DNA of 64,000 nucleotides from a candidate division WOR-3 bacterium (lineage in GTDB: Bacteria; Hydrothermota; Tepidihabitantia; B3-TA06), in the NCBI GenBank assembly GCA_965649265.1, contig CBFGKC010000006.1, forward strand, positions 114,975-178,974. The letters run 5' to 3'. The translations under genes were made by a program, and so were the position numbers. Below are positions 43,585 to 51,827 of this stretch, piece by piece (the stretch's first letter is position 1; the number at the start of each line of letters is the position of its first letter). The notes under the pieces were generated by a model. It saw nothing but the letters and a program-made list of their open reading frames with translations, was not told the origin of the DNA and searched no databases.

Positions 43585-44344
43585 GGTTCGTTCTCTTTCC
43601 TTTTCCTATCCCAGACGCCCGCTGTTCGAGAACCTTTCCGTCGGCATCGAAAAAAACGAGTTCGTCTCGGTCGTCGGTCCTAATGGGGCGGGCAAGAGCA
43701 CGTTCGTCAAGCTTCTGGCTAGGCTTCTTTATCCCTCATCCGGCAAGATACTGTTCGAGAAGCGATCCCTCGCCTCTTATCCCCGCCGCGAACTCGCAAG
43801 GCGAGTGGCGTACGTTCCGCAGGAGAGCCATTTTTCCCTCGACTTCACCGTTCTCGAGACCGTGCTTCAGGGACGCCATCCCTATCTGGGCGCGCTCGAA
43901 TTGTATCGCTCTTCCGACTACGCGCTCGCGCGCTCGTCGCTCGAAAGGCTCGGGATACTCCATCTCGCCGGGAAGAACATCAACAATATCTCCTCTGGTG
44001 AGCGCCAGCTTGCCGTCATATGCCGCTCGCTCGTGCAGGAGCCGTCGATCATCCTTCTTGACGAGCCCCTCAATCACCTCGACCTGCACCACCAGCTAGA
44101 AGTCCTTGTCCTTCTCAGGTCCCTTAACCGGGAGGGGATAGGTATCGTTCTCGTCGCCCATGACCTCAATCACGCAGCGCTCTGCTCGAACCGCATGCTC
44201 ATCTTCGCCCAGGGCCGTCTTGCGGAGGATAATTCTCCAGACGTTCTTCTCAATCCGGATATCATCGAACGCTACTGGGGCATCAGACCTCTCGAAGGCC
44301 GCCACCCTGAAACCGGCAAGCGCCAGATATTCCTGCCACTGTAG
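43577..44344 (+). CDS. ABC transporter ATP-binding protein (BtuD/FepC-like)
   Basis: The Walker A motif is GPNGAGKST. The signature/Walker B is LSSGERQLAVICRSLVQEPSIILLDEPLNHLD. It overlaps the permease gene by 8 nt. Confidence 0.8.
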   Translation: MFEVRSLSFSYPRRPLFENLSVGIEKNEFVSVVGPNGAGKSTFVKLLARLLYPSSGKILFEKRSLASYPRRELARRVAYVPQESHFSLDFTVLETVLQGRHPYLGALELYRSSDYALARSSLERLGILHLAGKNINNISSGERQLAVICRSLVQEPSIILLDEPLNHLDLHHQLEVLVLLRSLNREGIGIVLVAHDLNHAALCSNRMLIFAQGRLAEDNSPDVLLNPDIIERYWGIRPLEGRHPETGKRQIFLPL

Positions 44345-44644
44345 ATTACCCCAAAATAATACTCCGTATTCTTTTGGGGACCCCGTAAGACACGAAAGCG
44401 CGAATCCCACACAAGCCCCTTCAGATTTTCCTCAGCCCTCCTCAGCCCCCCTCACTCTCCCCTCAACTCGCCTCAGTTCCCCTCAGCCTTCCTCGGTTCT
44501 TTACGTATTGGCATCGCGCGTGATTTGTAAATTTGTCGTCGATCGCGAACAATCAATCTCTTAATTATTTCTAACCCTTTTATTTGTCGCGGCTGATTAT
44601 TTTTATGAGGATGTGAATCGCAGGCGTAGTTGTGGAAGAAGGGG

Positions 44645-44703
44645 TACCCCGCAAAGATGCCGGGTCTCTTTGCGGGGTATTTAAAGGGCGGCTTTCGCCG
44701 CCC
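44645..44703 (-). terminator. Candidate terminator hairpins downstream of 44725..46359
   Basis: There is a 12-bp-stem inverted repeat, ACCCCGCAAAGA-N9-TCTTTGCGGGGT (44645..44679). A second hairpin, GGGCGGC-tttc-GCCGCCC (44686..44703), is followed on the minus strand by TTTAAAT. Confidence 0.4.
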
Positions 44704-44724
44704 CACAGTCTGTCCCTGAACGAC

Positions 44725-46359
44725 TTACTTTACGATAGTTACCTTTGCGGTCCTGGTACCCGCGCCGTTGTCGAGCCTGACGAAATAGACTCCTGTTGGA
44801 ACATGACGTCCCACATCGTCCGTGCGATTCCAGGAGAGCGTGTGATTGCCAGCGCTCGCCTCGGTGCTCGCAAGCATCCGCACCAGCCTGCCCGACGCGT
44901 CGAATACGGAAAGTGTCATGCTTCCGGCCTTCGGCAATTGGTAGTTGATGCGGACGCTGCCCGATGCCGACATATCGTTCACCGAAAGACTCAGCTCGCG
45001 AACCATCTCCATTGTTTGCGATTGCGGGGTCTCAACCTCGTTGCTTGAGGGGGGGAGGGGTATTGTCGAAAGTCCGAGAAGCTTCTGTGAGGTCTCGAGC
45101 TTCCGTATCTTTTCCGTGACCGCCTTGTAATCGGTCTTCTGCTCCCTGCCCTTTACACGCGCGATGGCCATCCAGCTGAAGGTCGCGTTGAGGTCGCCTA
45201 CCTCGGATACCGCGGTGAATCCTCTTGTCGTCACGTCCTTCACGTATATGCCCGAGTAGGATCCCTCGGGTGTCACTATCACTTTGATCGGTATCTGACT
45301 CGATATCACCTGCGGGTACGGTTCCTCGAACTCTATCCTTGCAATGCCGTTGGAAAGCTTCGTGCGTCCCGATATGGTGTATTCGGGATACGGTGCTTCG
45401 GTGGCCGACATGGTCACCCAGGTGCCGTCGTCCATCTTGATCACGTTGTCCTTGTCGCCCGTTACGTAAAGGTCACCCTGTATAAGGACGTCTCCTAAAA
45501 AGTTGCCTGCATAGGGGGTGCCGACGATTTCGATTCCGGCATTCGCGGTTCCGATATATACGTAGTTCGATCCAAGTCCTTTGATGTATGCGCCCCAGTT
45601 GCTGCCTGCAAGGGCTGCTTCGGAGCCGTTTACGTGAAGGAATTGTCCCGCCAGAGAGCTTGTAGATGCCGCGTAAGCGTACAACCCCCTGGTCGAACTG
45701 CCCAGGTATGCGTTGTTGCCGTTATTATTTCGACCGAACACTCCGTAACTTGCGGAACCTATATATCCGTAGTTGCCCGATGAGCTTCTGCCGTATACCC
45801 CGTAGGAAGAATGACCCAGTATCCCGTAATTCGAATTTGAATTCGCTCCGTATGCGCCGTAAGTCGAGGAGCCAAGATAGGCGTAATTCCCGTTGCCGTT
45901 CGCGGCATAGGCAGCGTAGTCATTCGAACCTATATATCCATAGTTGTTGCTCGAGGAATCCTTGCCATAGACCCCGTAGTCGGTGGAAGCCAGATAACCG
46001 TAGTTGCCCAGGTTATGACTGCCGTATGCCCCATAGCTGAAGGAACCCAGATATCCGAGATTCCCTGATGAGTACTTGCCGTATGCGCCGTAGCCGATTG
46101 AAGCGATGTGCCCCTGGTTTCCCGAATAGTGCTCGCCGTACACGCCGAACAAGGTGTATCCCAGATAACCCAGGTTTCCGTTCGCGTTCTCTCCATACGC
46201 GCCGAAGTAGAAGTGACCCAGATATCCAACAGTCGAGGACAGTGTAGAGGTTCCTTTTACTCCCCAGTAATCACCTGAACCTTCCACCTGTACGGCGAAA
46301 AGGTTTATGCAGGCGAGCATTACACTCGCGATGACGACGAGTTTTTTTATTGTGGACAT
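44725..46359 (-). CDS. Secreted Tyr/Gly-rich tandem-repeat protein with T9SS CTD
   Basis: The signal peptide is MSTIKKLVVIASVMLACINLFA. About 11 consecutive units of roughly 15 aa follow (GYLGSFSYGAYGSHNLGNY / GYIGSNDYAAYAANGNGNY ...). The C-terminus is GVYFVRLDNGAGTRTAKVTIVK. Confidence 0.65.
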   Translation of the reverse strand: MSTIKKLVVIASVMLACINLFAVQVEGSGDYWGVKGTSTLSSTVGYLGHFYFGAYGENANGNLGYLGYTLFGVYGEHYSGNQGHIASIGYGAYGKYSSGNLGYLGSFSYGAYGSHNLGNYGYLASTDYGVYGKDSSSNNYGYIGSNDYAAYAANGNGNYAYLGSSTYGAYGANSNSNYGILGHSSYGVYGRSSSGNYGYIGSASYGVFGRNNNGNNAYLGSSTRGLYAYAASTSSLAGQFLHVNGSEAALAGSNWGAYIKGLGSNYVYIGTANAGIEIVGTPYAGNFLGDVLIQGDLYVTGDKDNVIKMDDGTWVTMSATEAPYPEYTISGRTKLSNGIARIEFEEPYPQVISSQIPIKVIVTPEGSYSGIYVKDVTTRGFTAVSEVGDLNATFSWMAIARVKGREQKTDYKAVTEKIRKLETSQKLLGLSTIPLPPSSNEVETPQSQTMEMVRELSLSVNDMSASGSVRINYQLPKAGSMTLSVFDASGRLVRMLASTEASAGNHTLSWNRTDDVGRHVPTGVYFVRLDNGAGTRTAKVTIVK

Positions 46360-46702
46360 TGTTGCCTCCTATGGTCGTTTTTTATGGAGACAGGGAAACA
46401 CCGACATTGTGCCCCGGAAAATCACGTTGTGTTTTTCCGCTCGTCCCGCCCATACTGCTTGACTCGATGCCAGCAATGGGACCTCCTGCTATCCACAAAT
46501 CCTCCTGCGGTCGAACGAAAGCGGCGCACGACGCTGGTTCGACCCGGCGCCATCCGGGCGCGTCCTAAAAATAACGGAAGTAACACTTCCGCCAGGCGCC
46601 TTCCGGGCGCAAGCCCTCCTTGCTGTCTCGCAAGTTTATGGTATACCTGCAATACAGCCGCCGCAGGATTTTATTCCATTTAATTAGACCGGGCCGCACA
46701 AG

Positions 46703-46730
46703 TTGACCTCGTTTCCAAAGCCCGTATAAT
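46703..46730 (+). promoter_or_regulatory. sigma70-like promoter (TTGACC-16-TATAAT) abutting the start codon
   Basis: ttgacc is at 46703..46708 and tataat at 46725..46730. The ATG at 46739 sits 8 nt after the -10 element, which makes this a leaderless candidate. Confidence 0.45.
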
Positions 46731-46738
46731 CGAGCGTT

Positions 46739-47998
46739 ATGGAGCACATCCCACTCCTTGCGAAGCTCGGAATTATCTTCGGCGTCATCATCGTCGTCAT
46801 GGTATTCAGGCTGCCCACGTTCGTGCCAATCCTTTTGGGCGCTGTCGTCACCGGCGTCCTCTTCACCATGCCCGCGCTCGATATCGGAAGAACATTCCTC
46901 GACAGCGTAATAGACTTCTACACCATTGACACCATCCTCATCGTCTGCTTCATCGAGATTCTCGGCAAGATGATGAAGGAGCGCGGCATCCTCTCGCGAT
47001 TCGCCGGCGGCGCCGACTACCTTCTGCGGGGCTCTCGCGTGAGCGTGGTCACGATCCCCATGTTCGTCGGCCTCCTGCCAATGCCGGGCGGCGCCTACTT
47101 CACCGCACCCATGACCGAGGAGCAGATAAAACCCTACGGAATAAAGCCCGGGCTCGCGGTCTACATCAACTACTGGTTCCGGCACGTGTGGGAGTACTTC
47201 TGGCCGCTTTACCCCGGCCTCATCGTGGGCTTCGCCATCCTCAAGGACGTCACCGTCGGCTCCGTCATCATCCACCAGTCGTTCGTGACACTGCTCGCGA
47301 TTGCGGCGGGCGCCGTCATCATCTTTGCCTTCGTCAAGCGCAGGGTGGTGCGGCCGGAGCGTCTTGCGGGCAAGGGTCGTTCTTCCACAAAAGACGTGCT
47401 CTACGGCGCGTTCCCTCTACTCATCATCGTCGTCCTCATCGTGGTCACGCAGGCGCTTGGCTCCATAGTCAAGATTCCCGTTTCCTCCGTCATGCTGATC
47501 GTGCTGGTCTCTTCGTGGATATTCTACAAGGTTCCATTGAAAGGTTCAGGCAAGCTCATTCTTTCCGCGCTCGACTGGCGCGTGATCTCGCTCATGGCGT
47601 CGGTCATGTTCTTCAAGTACATGCTCGACCGTTCGTCCGCGCTGACCGGGCTCGGCCCGATGCTTGCAGGGGCCCCCTCCTCCCTCATCATCGCCATGAT
47701 AATGTTTCTTCCCTTCGTGGTCGGACTCCTCGTGGGACTCAACCAGGCGTACGTTGCCACGACGTTTCCCCTGCTCGCGCCCTTCATCGGCCATGACCCC
47801 GGACTCGTCATGCTCGCGTACGCGTTCGGGTTCTTCGGCGTGATGCTCTCGCCCTCGCACCTCTGCCTTGCCTTATCGCGCGAGTACTTCAAGGCGAGCT
47901 GGGGCTCGGTGTACAAGTGGTTGGTGCCCTCAGTGATCGCGGTCGCCGTCGTGACGTTCGCCGTGTGGTTCTTCCTGTTCCCGCATCCTAAACTATAG
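46739..47998 (+). CDS. Polytopic membrane transporter-like protein (DUF401/ion-transporter-superfamily-like)
   Basis: It is 419 aa with about 10-12 hydrophobic helices. Internal two-fold similarity is apparent. The family assignment is tentative. Confidence 0.45.
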   Translation: MEHIPLLAKLGIIFGVIIVVMVFRLPTFVPILLGAVVTGVLFTMPALDIGRTFLDSVIDFYTIDTILIVCFIEILGKMMKERGILSRFAGGADYLLRGSRVSVVTIPMFVGLLPMPGGAYFTAPMTEEQIKPYGIKPGLAVYINYWFRHVWEYFWPLYPGLIVGFAILKDVTVGSVIIHQSFVTLLAIAAGAVIIFAFVKRRVVRPERLAGKGRSSTKDVLYGAFPLLIIVVLIVVTQALGSIVKIPVSSVMLIVLVSSWIFYKVPLKGSGKLILSALDWRVISLMASVMFFKYMLDRSSALTGLGPMLAGAPSSLIIAMIMFLPFVVGLLVGLNQAYVATTFPLLAPFIGHDPGLVMLAYAFGFFGVMLSPSHLCLALSREYFKASWGSVYKWLVPSVIAVAVVTFAVWFFLFPHPKL

Positions 47999-48002
47999 AT
48001 AC

Positions 48003-48081
48003 CCCCCGTAACACCCCCCCCCGTAACACCCCTCCCGTAACACACCCCCGTAACACACCCCGTAACATGCTCCGTAACACG
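48003..48081. repeat. Short tandem repeat, CC(C)CGTAACAC x6
   Basis: The unit cgtaaca sits at 48007, 48022, 48036, 48049, 48061 and 48073, separated by C-rich spacers. The array lies immediately after the transporter stop at 47998. Confidence 0.65.
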
Positions 48082-48294
48082 CCAACGTCATCCTGAGAAC
48101 CGCAGATGCGGGGCGAAAGGATCGCCTTCAGAAGGCAGTTTCTTTGAACACATGGGATCATTTATGTCTAAGGCGATGGCTTTGCTTGCTCGAAGCAGCC
48201 GTGCAAAGACACCCTCGTCCCACTTTCCCAGAGGGCAGGGGGTGTCCCACTTCGATAGGGGGGAGGGGGGGATTAATGTTTTGAGGGGGTCAGG

Positions 48295-48996
48295 CTAGTG
48301 AATCACCACTAACTTTGAGGTGTAGTCAATGTAGAACGAGCTGTCGGGAACGATGAATCTCGTAAAATAGATGCCAGCAGGCAAGGTCGAGAAGTCTTTC
48401 TGTATTGAGTGTGAACCTGCGCAGTAATTACCACTTAGTATTGTCTCGATTAACGCTCCCCGGAAATCGTAGAGAGCCAGGTGAACTACCATGGGTTTCG
48501 GTATCGCGTAGTTCAAACCGGCAGTTCCTGAGACTATTGAAGGGAAGTGCGGCGGTCTTTCTAACCGCAACTTTCGCGATGCGGTGTCGTTTCTTGCAAC
48601 GGTATCGTATGGATTCGAGACCCGCGCGAAAATCATGAAGGAATCAACGTCTTGAGAAGAGAAAGGCTTGTGAGAGTAGACGACCGTCTTTCCGGGCGCA
48701 AGCGCGTTTACGTACAACGTGTCTGTGTAAACCACCTGGTTTGTGGTAAGAGATGTTATCGTGAAGTAAAAATCGGCATAGGTGTGATGCGAGCTGAAAC
48801 TCTCTACGGTGCATCCGATCTTGATCTTACTATCAGGATACAAGTCATAGGCATAAAGACTACCAGCATAATTGATACTTGTTATCCAGAGGTCAAGGCT
48901 GTCGCCTGCCTGCAAACCTCTCTCAGGCGTGTTCGCTGCATTCATCGCGCTTGCTGAGACAAGAAGAAGTGTCGCTGTCAGAATTTTATTTCCCAT
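48295..48996 (-). CDS. Secreted protein with T9SS CTD
   Basis: The signal peptide is MGNKILTATLLLVSASAMNA. The C-terminus is AGIYFTRFIVPDSSFYIDYTSKLVVIH. Confidence 0.5.
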   Translation of the reverse strand: MGNKILTATLLLVSASAMNAANTPERGLQAGDSLDLWITSINYAGSLYAYDLYPDSKIKIGCTVESFSSHHTYADFYFTITSLTTNQVVYTDTLYVNALAPGKTVVYSHKPFSSQDVDSFMIFARVSNPYDTVARNDTASRKLRLERPPHFPSIVSGTAGLNYAIPKPMVVHLALYDFRGALIETILSGNYCAGSHSIQKDFSTLPAGIYFTRFIVPDSSFYIDYTSKLVVIH

Positions 48997-49141
48997 TCGG
49001 TTTCATATCCTCTCCATTTTGAAGCCGCGGGTATTCCCACTCTGGATAATCAGCATATTCAATAACGCCGTTCAGTCAACCTTGCAGGCTCGACGTTAAC
49101 GCCTCAAGCGTTTGCGTGAGTCAGGTCAGCCCGAATGGTGC

Positions 49142-49535
49142 GGGCCGACCTAAAGGTCGGCCCCTACGTTGTGTTAGTCATAAGGTGCATTTGTACCCTT
49201 CGTTCGCCCTTCGGTGGCTTCGTAGCCACTCGGGGTTGCATGTGCGGAACTACGTTCCACGAAGACTATTTCCAATTAAGGAGTATCGCCAGGGGTGATT
49301 TCGTCATCTTCGATTGCGGAAGGAACTTCCGCCCATGCGGATTCCATCCGCTCGCTCGCCAACGACAATCTAATGAATCCCCCTTGCCTTTCGGGCGTTC
49401 CCCCTTAATAAGGGGGATGTTACGGCCCCCCTTCGATAAGGGGGGAGCGGGGGGATTCTCCCGGTCTTCGTCTCTCGTTTAATGGGAGGGAAAGTCAACC
49501 CCTCCTCTTAATCCTCTTCGCAAGGGGGAGGAGGT
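49142..49535. other. Cluster of perfect GC-clamped hairpins in noncoding DNA
   Basis: The hairpins are GGGCCGACC-taaa-GGTCGGCCC (49142..49163), GTGGCT-tcgt-AGCCAC (49214..49229), CCCCCTTA-at-AAGGGGG (49400..49416), CCCCCCTT-cgat-AAGGGGGG (49426..49445) and CCTCCTC...GAGGAGG (about 49501..49535). Confidence 0.55.
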
Positions 49536-49591
49536 TTTACTTTCAGTCGGTAAATTTCCATAATTTTCCTCCCGAGACCGTCCGTTTTTTG

Positions 49592-49765
49592 CCCCCAAAA
49601 TGCCCTCAAAACCCCGGTTTTGTCCATCTTTTGTCCCACTTTTGACCAGCTTTTTTTTCACGAAAATTGCCCCAAAATGCCCGATTTGTCCATCTTTTGA
49701 CCATCTTTTGTCCCACTTTTTTTATGCCCCACAAAATTGCTGCGCAATTTTGCGGGGACCCCATT
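49592..49765. repeat. Dispersed noncoding repeat, copy 2 (TTTGTCCATCTTTTGTCCCACTTTTGACCAGCTTTTTTT plus internal partial duplication)
   Basis: The core matches 4666..4727. It carries an extra half-copy (TTTGTCCATCTTTTGACCATCTTTTGTCCCACTTTTTTT) and ends in the hairpin CCCCACAAAATTGC-tgc-GCAATTTTGCGGGG followed by ACCCC. Confidence 0.55.
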
Positions 49766-49803
49766 AGAGAGATATGAATTCTAAAACATAAGTGATTGTA
49801 AAA

Positions 49804-50007
49804 GAATATCTTAAACAAATTCAAGTCGCCTTATTGGCGTCTGAGGGATGAAATCCCTGGGCTTAAGTTATTCTATAACTTCAAGATTGAAATAACTTAA
49901 ACAAGAGGTGTCACTTATTGTGACTTATGAAACAGAGTTTCATCGGCTTAAGTTGTTACATAACTTTATAATTTGAATAACTTAAGCAAATCGCCGCCAC
50001 TTATTGT
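49804..50007. repeat. Three tandem modular palindromic units (about 65 bp each)
   Basis: Each unit has a long hairpin bounded by GCTTAAGTT...AACTTAAGC. A second hairpin follows with a conserved loop CTTATTG and a variable stem (GTCGCC / GTCAC / GCCGCCAC). A small third hairpin completes each unit. Confidence 0.55.
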
Positions 50008-50098
50008 GGCGGCGATAGCTCGCATATACGCGGAGTCTTTGTGCTCATTGGGCCATCCGCGGGGGCCGACTCCATAACCCCTTGTCGGATGGTAAGTT

Positions 50099-51097
50099 CT
50101 ATTCGTTGTATCGGATGTCGTAATCCCTCGATGGCTTCGTCTCCTGCTCTGGGAACAGGTCGGTATGCACCAAAATTCCGTCCGCAAGCAGCGCCGAACC
50201 CTGCGAGTCGTGACCGTCGACTTCGTATAAGTCGCCTGATCCCGGAGTATACGCGTCATCGAGGTCGGCCTTGGTGTACACCGCTAAGAGTTCCTTGGCC
50301 TTCTGCCACGAAACGGAGCCGTGCTCCTCGCCCTGCATTGCTTCAACTATATAGGATTCCAATAACTTATGCCAATAACTCTTCATCATCGTGTGGGAGC
50401 TGAAGAGGTCGATGCCCACAACCTGGTCGCCCACGCAAACGATTACGCCTTTCATGTTTGTATTGTTTGCCGCAAGGCCTTCGAGCTTTTTCCAGTATTT
50501 GTCGCGGTCACCTTTGTAGGAACTGGAAGTGTAAATATCGTTAAATGCGCCGGTTGATGAAGTCTCGCCCATCACTTTTTCCTGGTTTTCCGCGACCTTG
50601 TTCCAGACTTCGGACTGGCTCTTGTTCGCGCGCGCGTTGGCCCTGACAGACGGAGAAACGTTGATGTCGGCCTTCGCGAACTCCTTTGAGGAACCCGACC
50701 AGCGTCCGTGCTCGGTGCAGTACACGGAAACCTCCAGCCAGCCTGAACTTGGAGGAAGGATCAGGTCGTTTTCAATCATCCGGTCCTGCTTTGCGCCGAG
50801 TATTACCTCGCCCGCCATCGCGAACACCGGGTTAGAACTTTTGTTCTTTACGAGGACGGTGTTAACCTCGCCCTCGTTTTTTTCCTTGACGACCACAAGA
50901 CCCTTATCAAGCGCGTCCTTGAGGATCATAAAGCTTTCCGCGTCGCCGGTGTAAGAGAGGGGGTAGATACGTAAGTTCTCGGCTTCAGCATAGTTAAGAA
51001 TCGTGACCTTGCCAGGAATGGCGTTTACCACAGACTCGTCTCCTGAGGTGGACCCCAGGAGAGCGAGCGCTAAAGGTATGAGAAATTTCATTTCCAA
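50099..51097 (-). CDS. Hypothetical secreted protein
   Basis: The signal peptide is MEMKFLIPLALALLGSTSG. The product is 332 aa with no T9SS CTD and no recognisable domain. Confidence 0.45.
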   Translation of the reverse strand: MEMKFLIPLALALLGSTSGDESVVNAIPGKVTILNYAEAENLRIYPLSYTGDAESFMILKDALDKGLVVVKEKNEGEVNTVLVKNKSSNPVFAMAGEVILGAKQDRMIENDLILPPSSGWLEVSVYCTEHGRWSGSSKEFAKADINVSPSVRANARANKSQSEVWNKVAENQEKVMGETSSTGAFNDIYTSSSYKGDRDKYWKKLEGLAANNTNMKGVIVCVGDQVVGIDLFSSHTMMKSYWHKLLESYIVEAMQGEEHGSVSWQKAKELLAVYTKADLDDAYTPGSGDLYEVDGHDSQGSALLADGILVHTDLFPEQETKPSRDYDIRYNE

Positions 51098-51102
51098 CCT
51101 CC

Positions 51103-51738
51103 TTAGTTATCGGTAAGTTTGAAATTTACGGGAACCGAAATCTTGACGGCCAGCGGTTTTTCGCCCTGCATTGCCGGTGTAAAGCGCGCGTTGCGAACGG
51201 CTTCCTCCGCGGCGTTATCAAGCTCTTCATATCCGGAACTCTTCAATATTTGTGTGTCGAAGACAAGCCCTTGTTCGTCCAGTGCCGCACCGACTATGAC
51301 CAATCCCTCAACTTCCAATTTACGCATCCGTTCAGGATACTTGATATCCATTCCCCCGATAAGTTGCGGTTTTTTTGCACTTGCAGGTAAAAAGGGGACA
51401 TCGTTGATGGTTCTGATGATTCTGTCGCCGCCGATGATTCCGGGGTCAATCAAATTTGTATTTCCAGGGAGAATGGAATCAGCGGTCTGGCCAGGTGCAG
51501 CTTTCTCAATCTGGACCACTTTGTTGTCGATGGGAGGAGGAGTGTTGGGGTAGTTCTCGACGGTGATTCCGCCCCAGTCGATGATATCGCTGCCTGAAAC
51601 CGGTTTAACGTTCAGGGGTTTGATCGTAAAGCTTCCAAGGAACGCGAAAATTAGTATAGACGCTCCCAGCGCTCCAATCACTCCCACTTGCAGTCTTTCG
51701 GTTGCATGTTCGCGGATGGTGGCAATTTTTGCTTGCAT
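51103..51738 (-). CDS. tonB: TonB-family energy transducer (C-terminal TonB domain)
   Basis: The ORF is trimmed to the ATG at 51738 (MQAKIATIREH), preceded by AAGGAGG. A TM anchor is present (VGVIGALGASILIFAFLGSF). The C-terminal domain reads IGGMDIKYPERMRKLEVEGLVIVGAALDEQGLVFDTQILKSSGYEELDNAAEEAVRNARFTPAMQGEKPLAVKISVPVNFKL. Confidence 0.7.
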   Translation of the reverse strand: MQAKIATIREHATERLQVGVIGALGASILIFAFLGSFTIKPLNVKPVSGSDIIDWGGITVENYPNTPPPIDNKVVQIEKAAPGQTADSILPGNTNLIDPGIIGGDRIIRTINDVPFLPASAKKPQLIGGMDIKYPERMRKLEVEGLVIVGAALDEQGLVFDTQILKSSGYEELDNAAEEAVRNARFTPAMQGEKPLAVKISVPVNFKLTDN

Positions 51739-51827
51739 TTCATCCTCCTTTGCATTGTTATACATCTTGTCCCAAGGTTTATTCCGCTCTCCATGATTTG
51801 TAATCGTGAATCGCATAAGCTTATGCA

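Noticed and set aside
42657-44099. 480-aa plus-strand ORF in the track
   Set aside because: It is an alternative frame of the FecCD permease and ABC ATPase genes. It is Arg/Ser/Pro-rich and low-complexity. The true genes are 42637..43584 and 43577..44344 in other frames.
46565-47796. ORFs 46565..47275 (-) and 47188..47796 (+) over the transporter gene
   Set aside because: They are alternative frames of the polytopic membrane protein gene 46739..47998. Their composition (D/E/H-rich or R/P-rich) is typical of off-frame translation of GC-rich codons.
49100-49560. SRP RNA / RNase P RNA / tmRNA candidate in the hairpin-dense region
   Set aside because: Fragments such as CAGGTCAG and GGGAAAGTC resemble conserved blocks of 4.5S RNA and RNase P RNA. 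The flanking conserved nucleotides (GGAAGCAGCC, CGGGCTCC) are absent. No tRNA-like T-arm (GTTCRANYC) is present for tmRNA.
49804-50007. Possible CRISPR array or integron attC sites
   Set aside because: There are only three units, and the variable parts are the stems of hairpins, not spacers. No R'' / R' (RYYYAAC / GTTRRRY) pair is found, and there is no intI or cas gene nearby.
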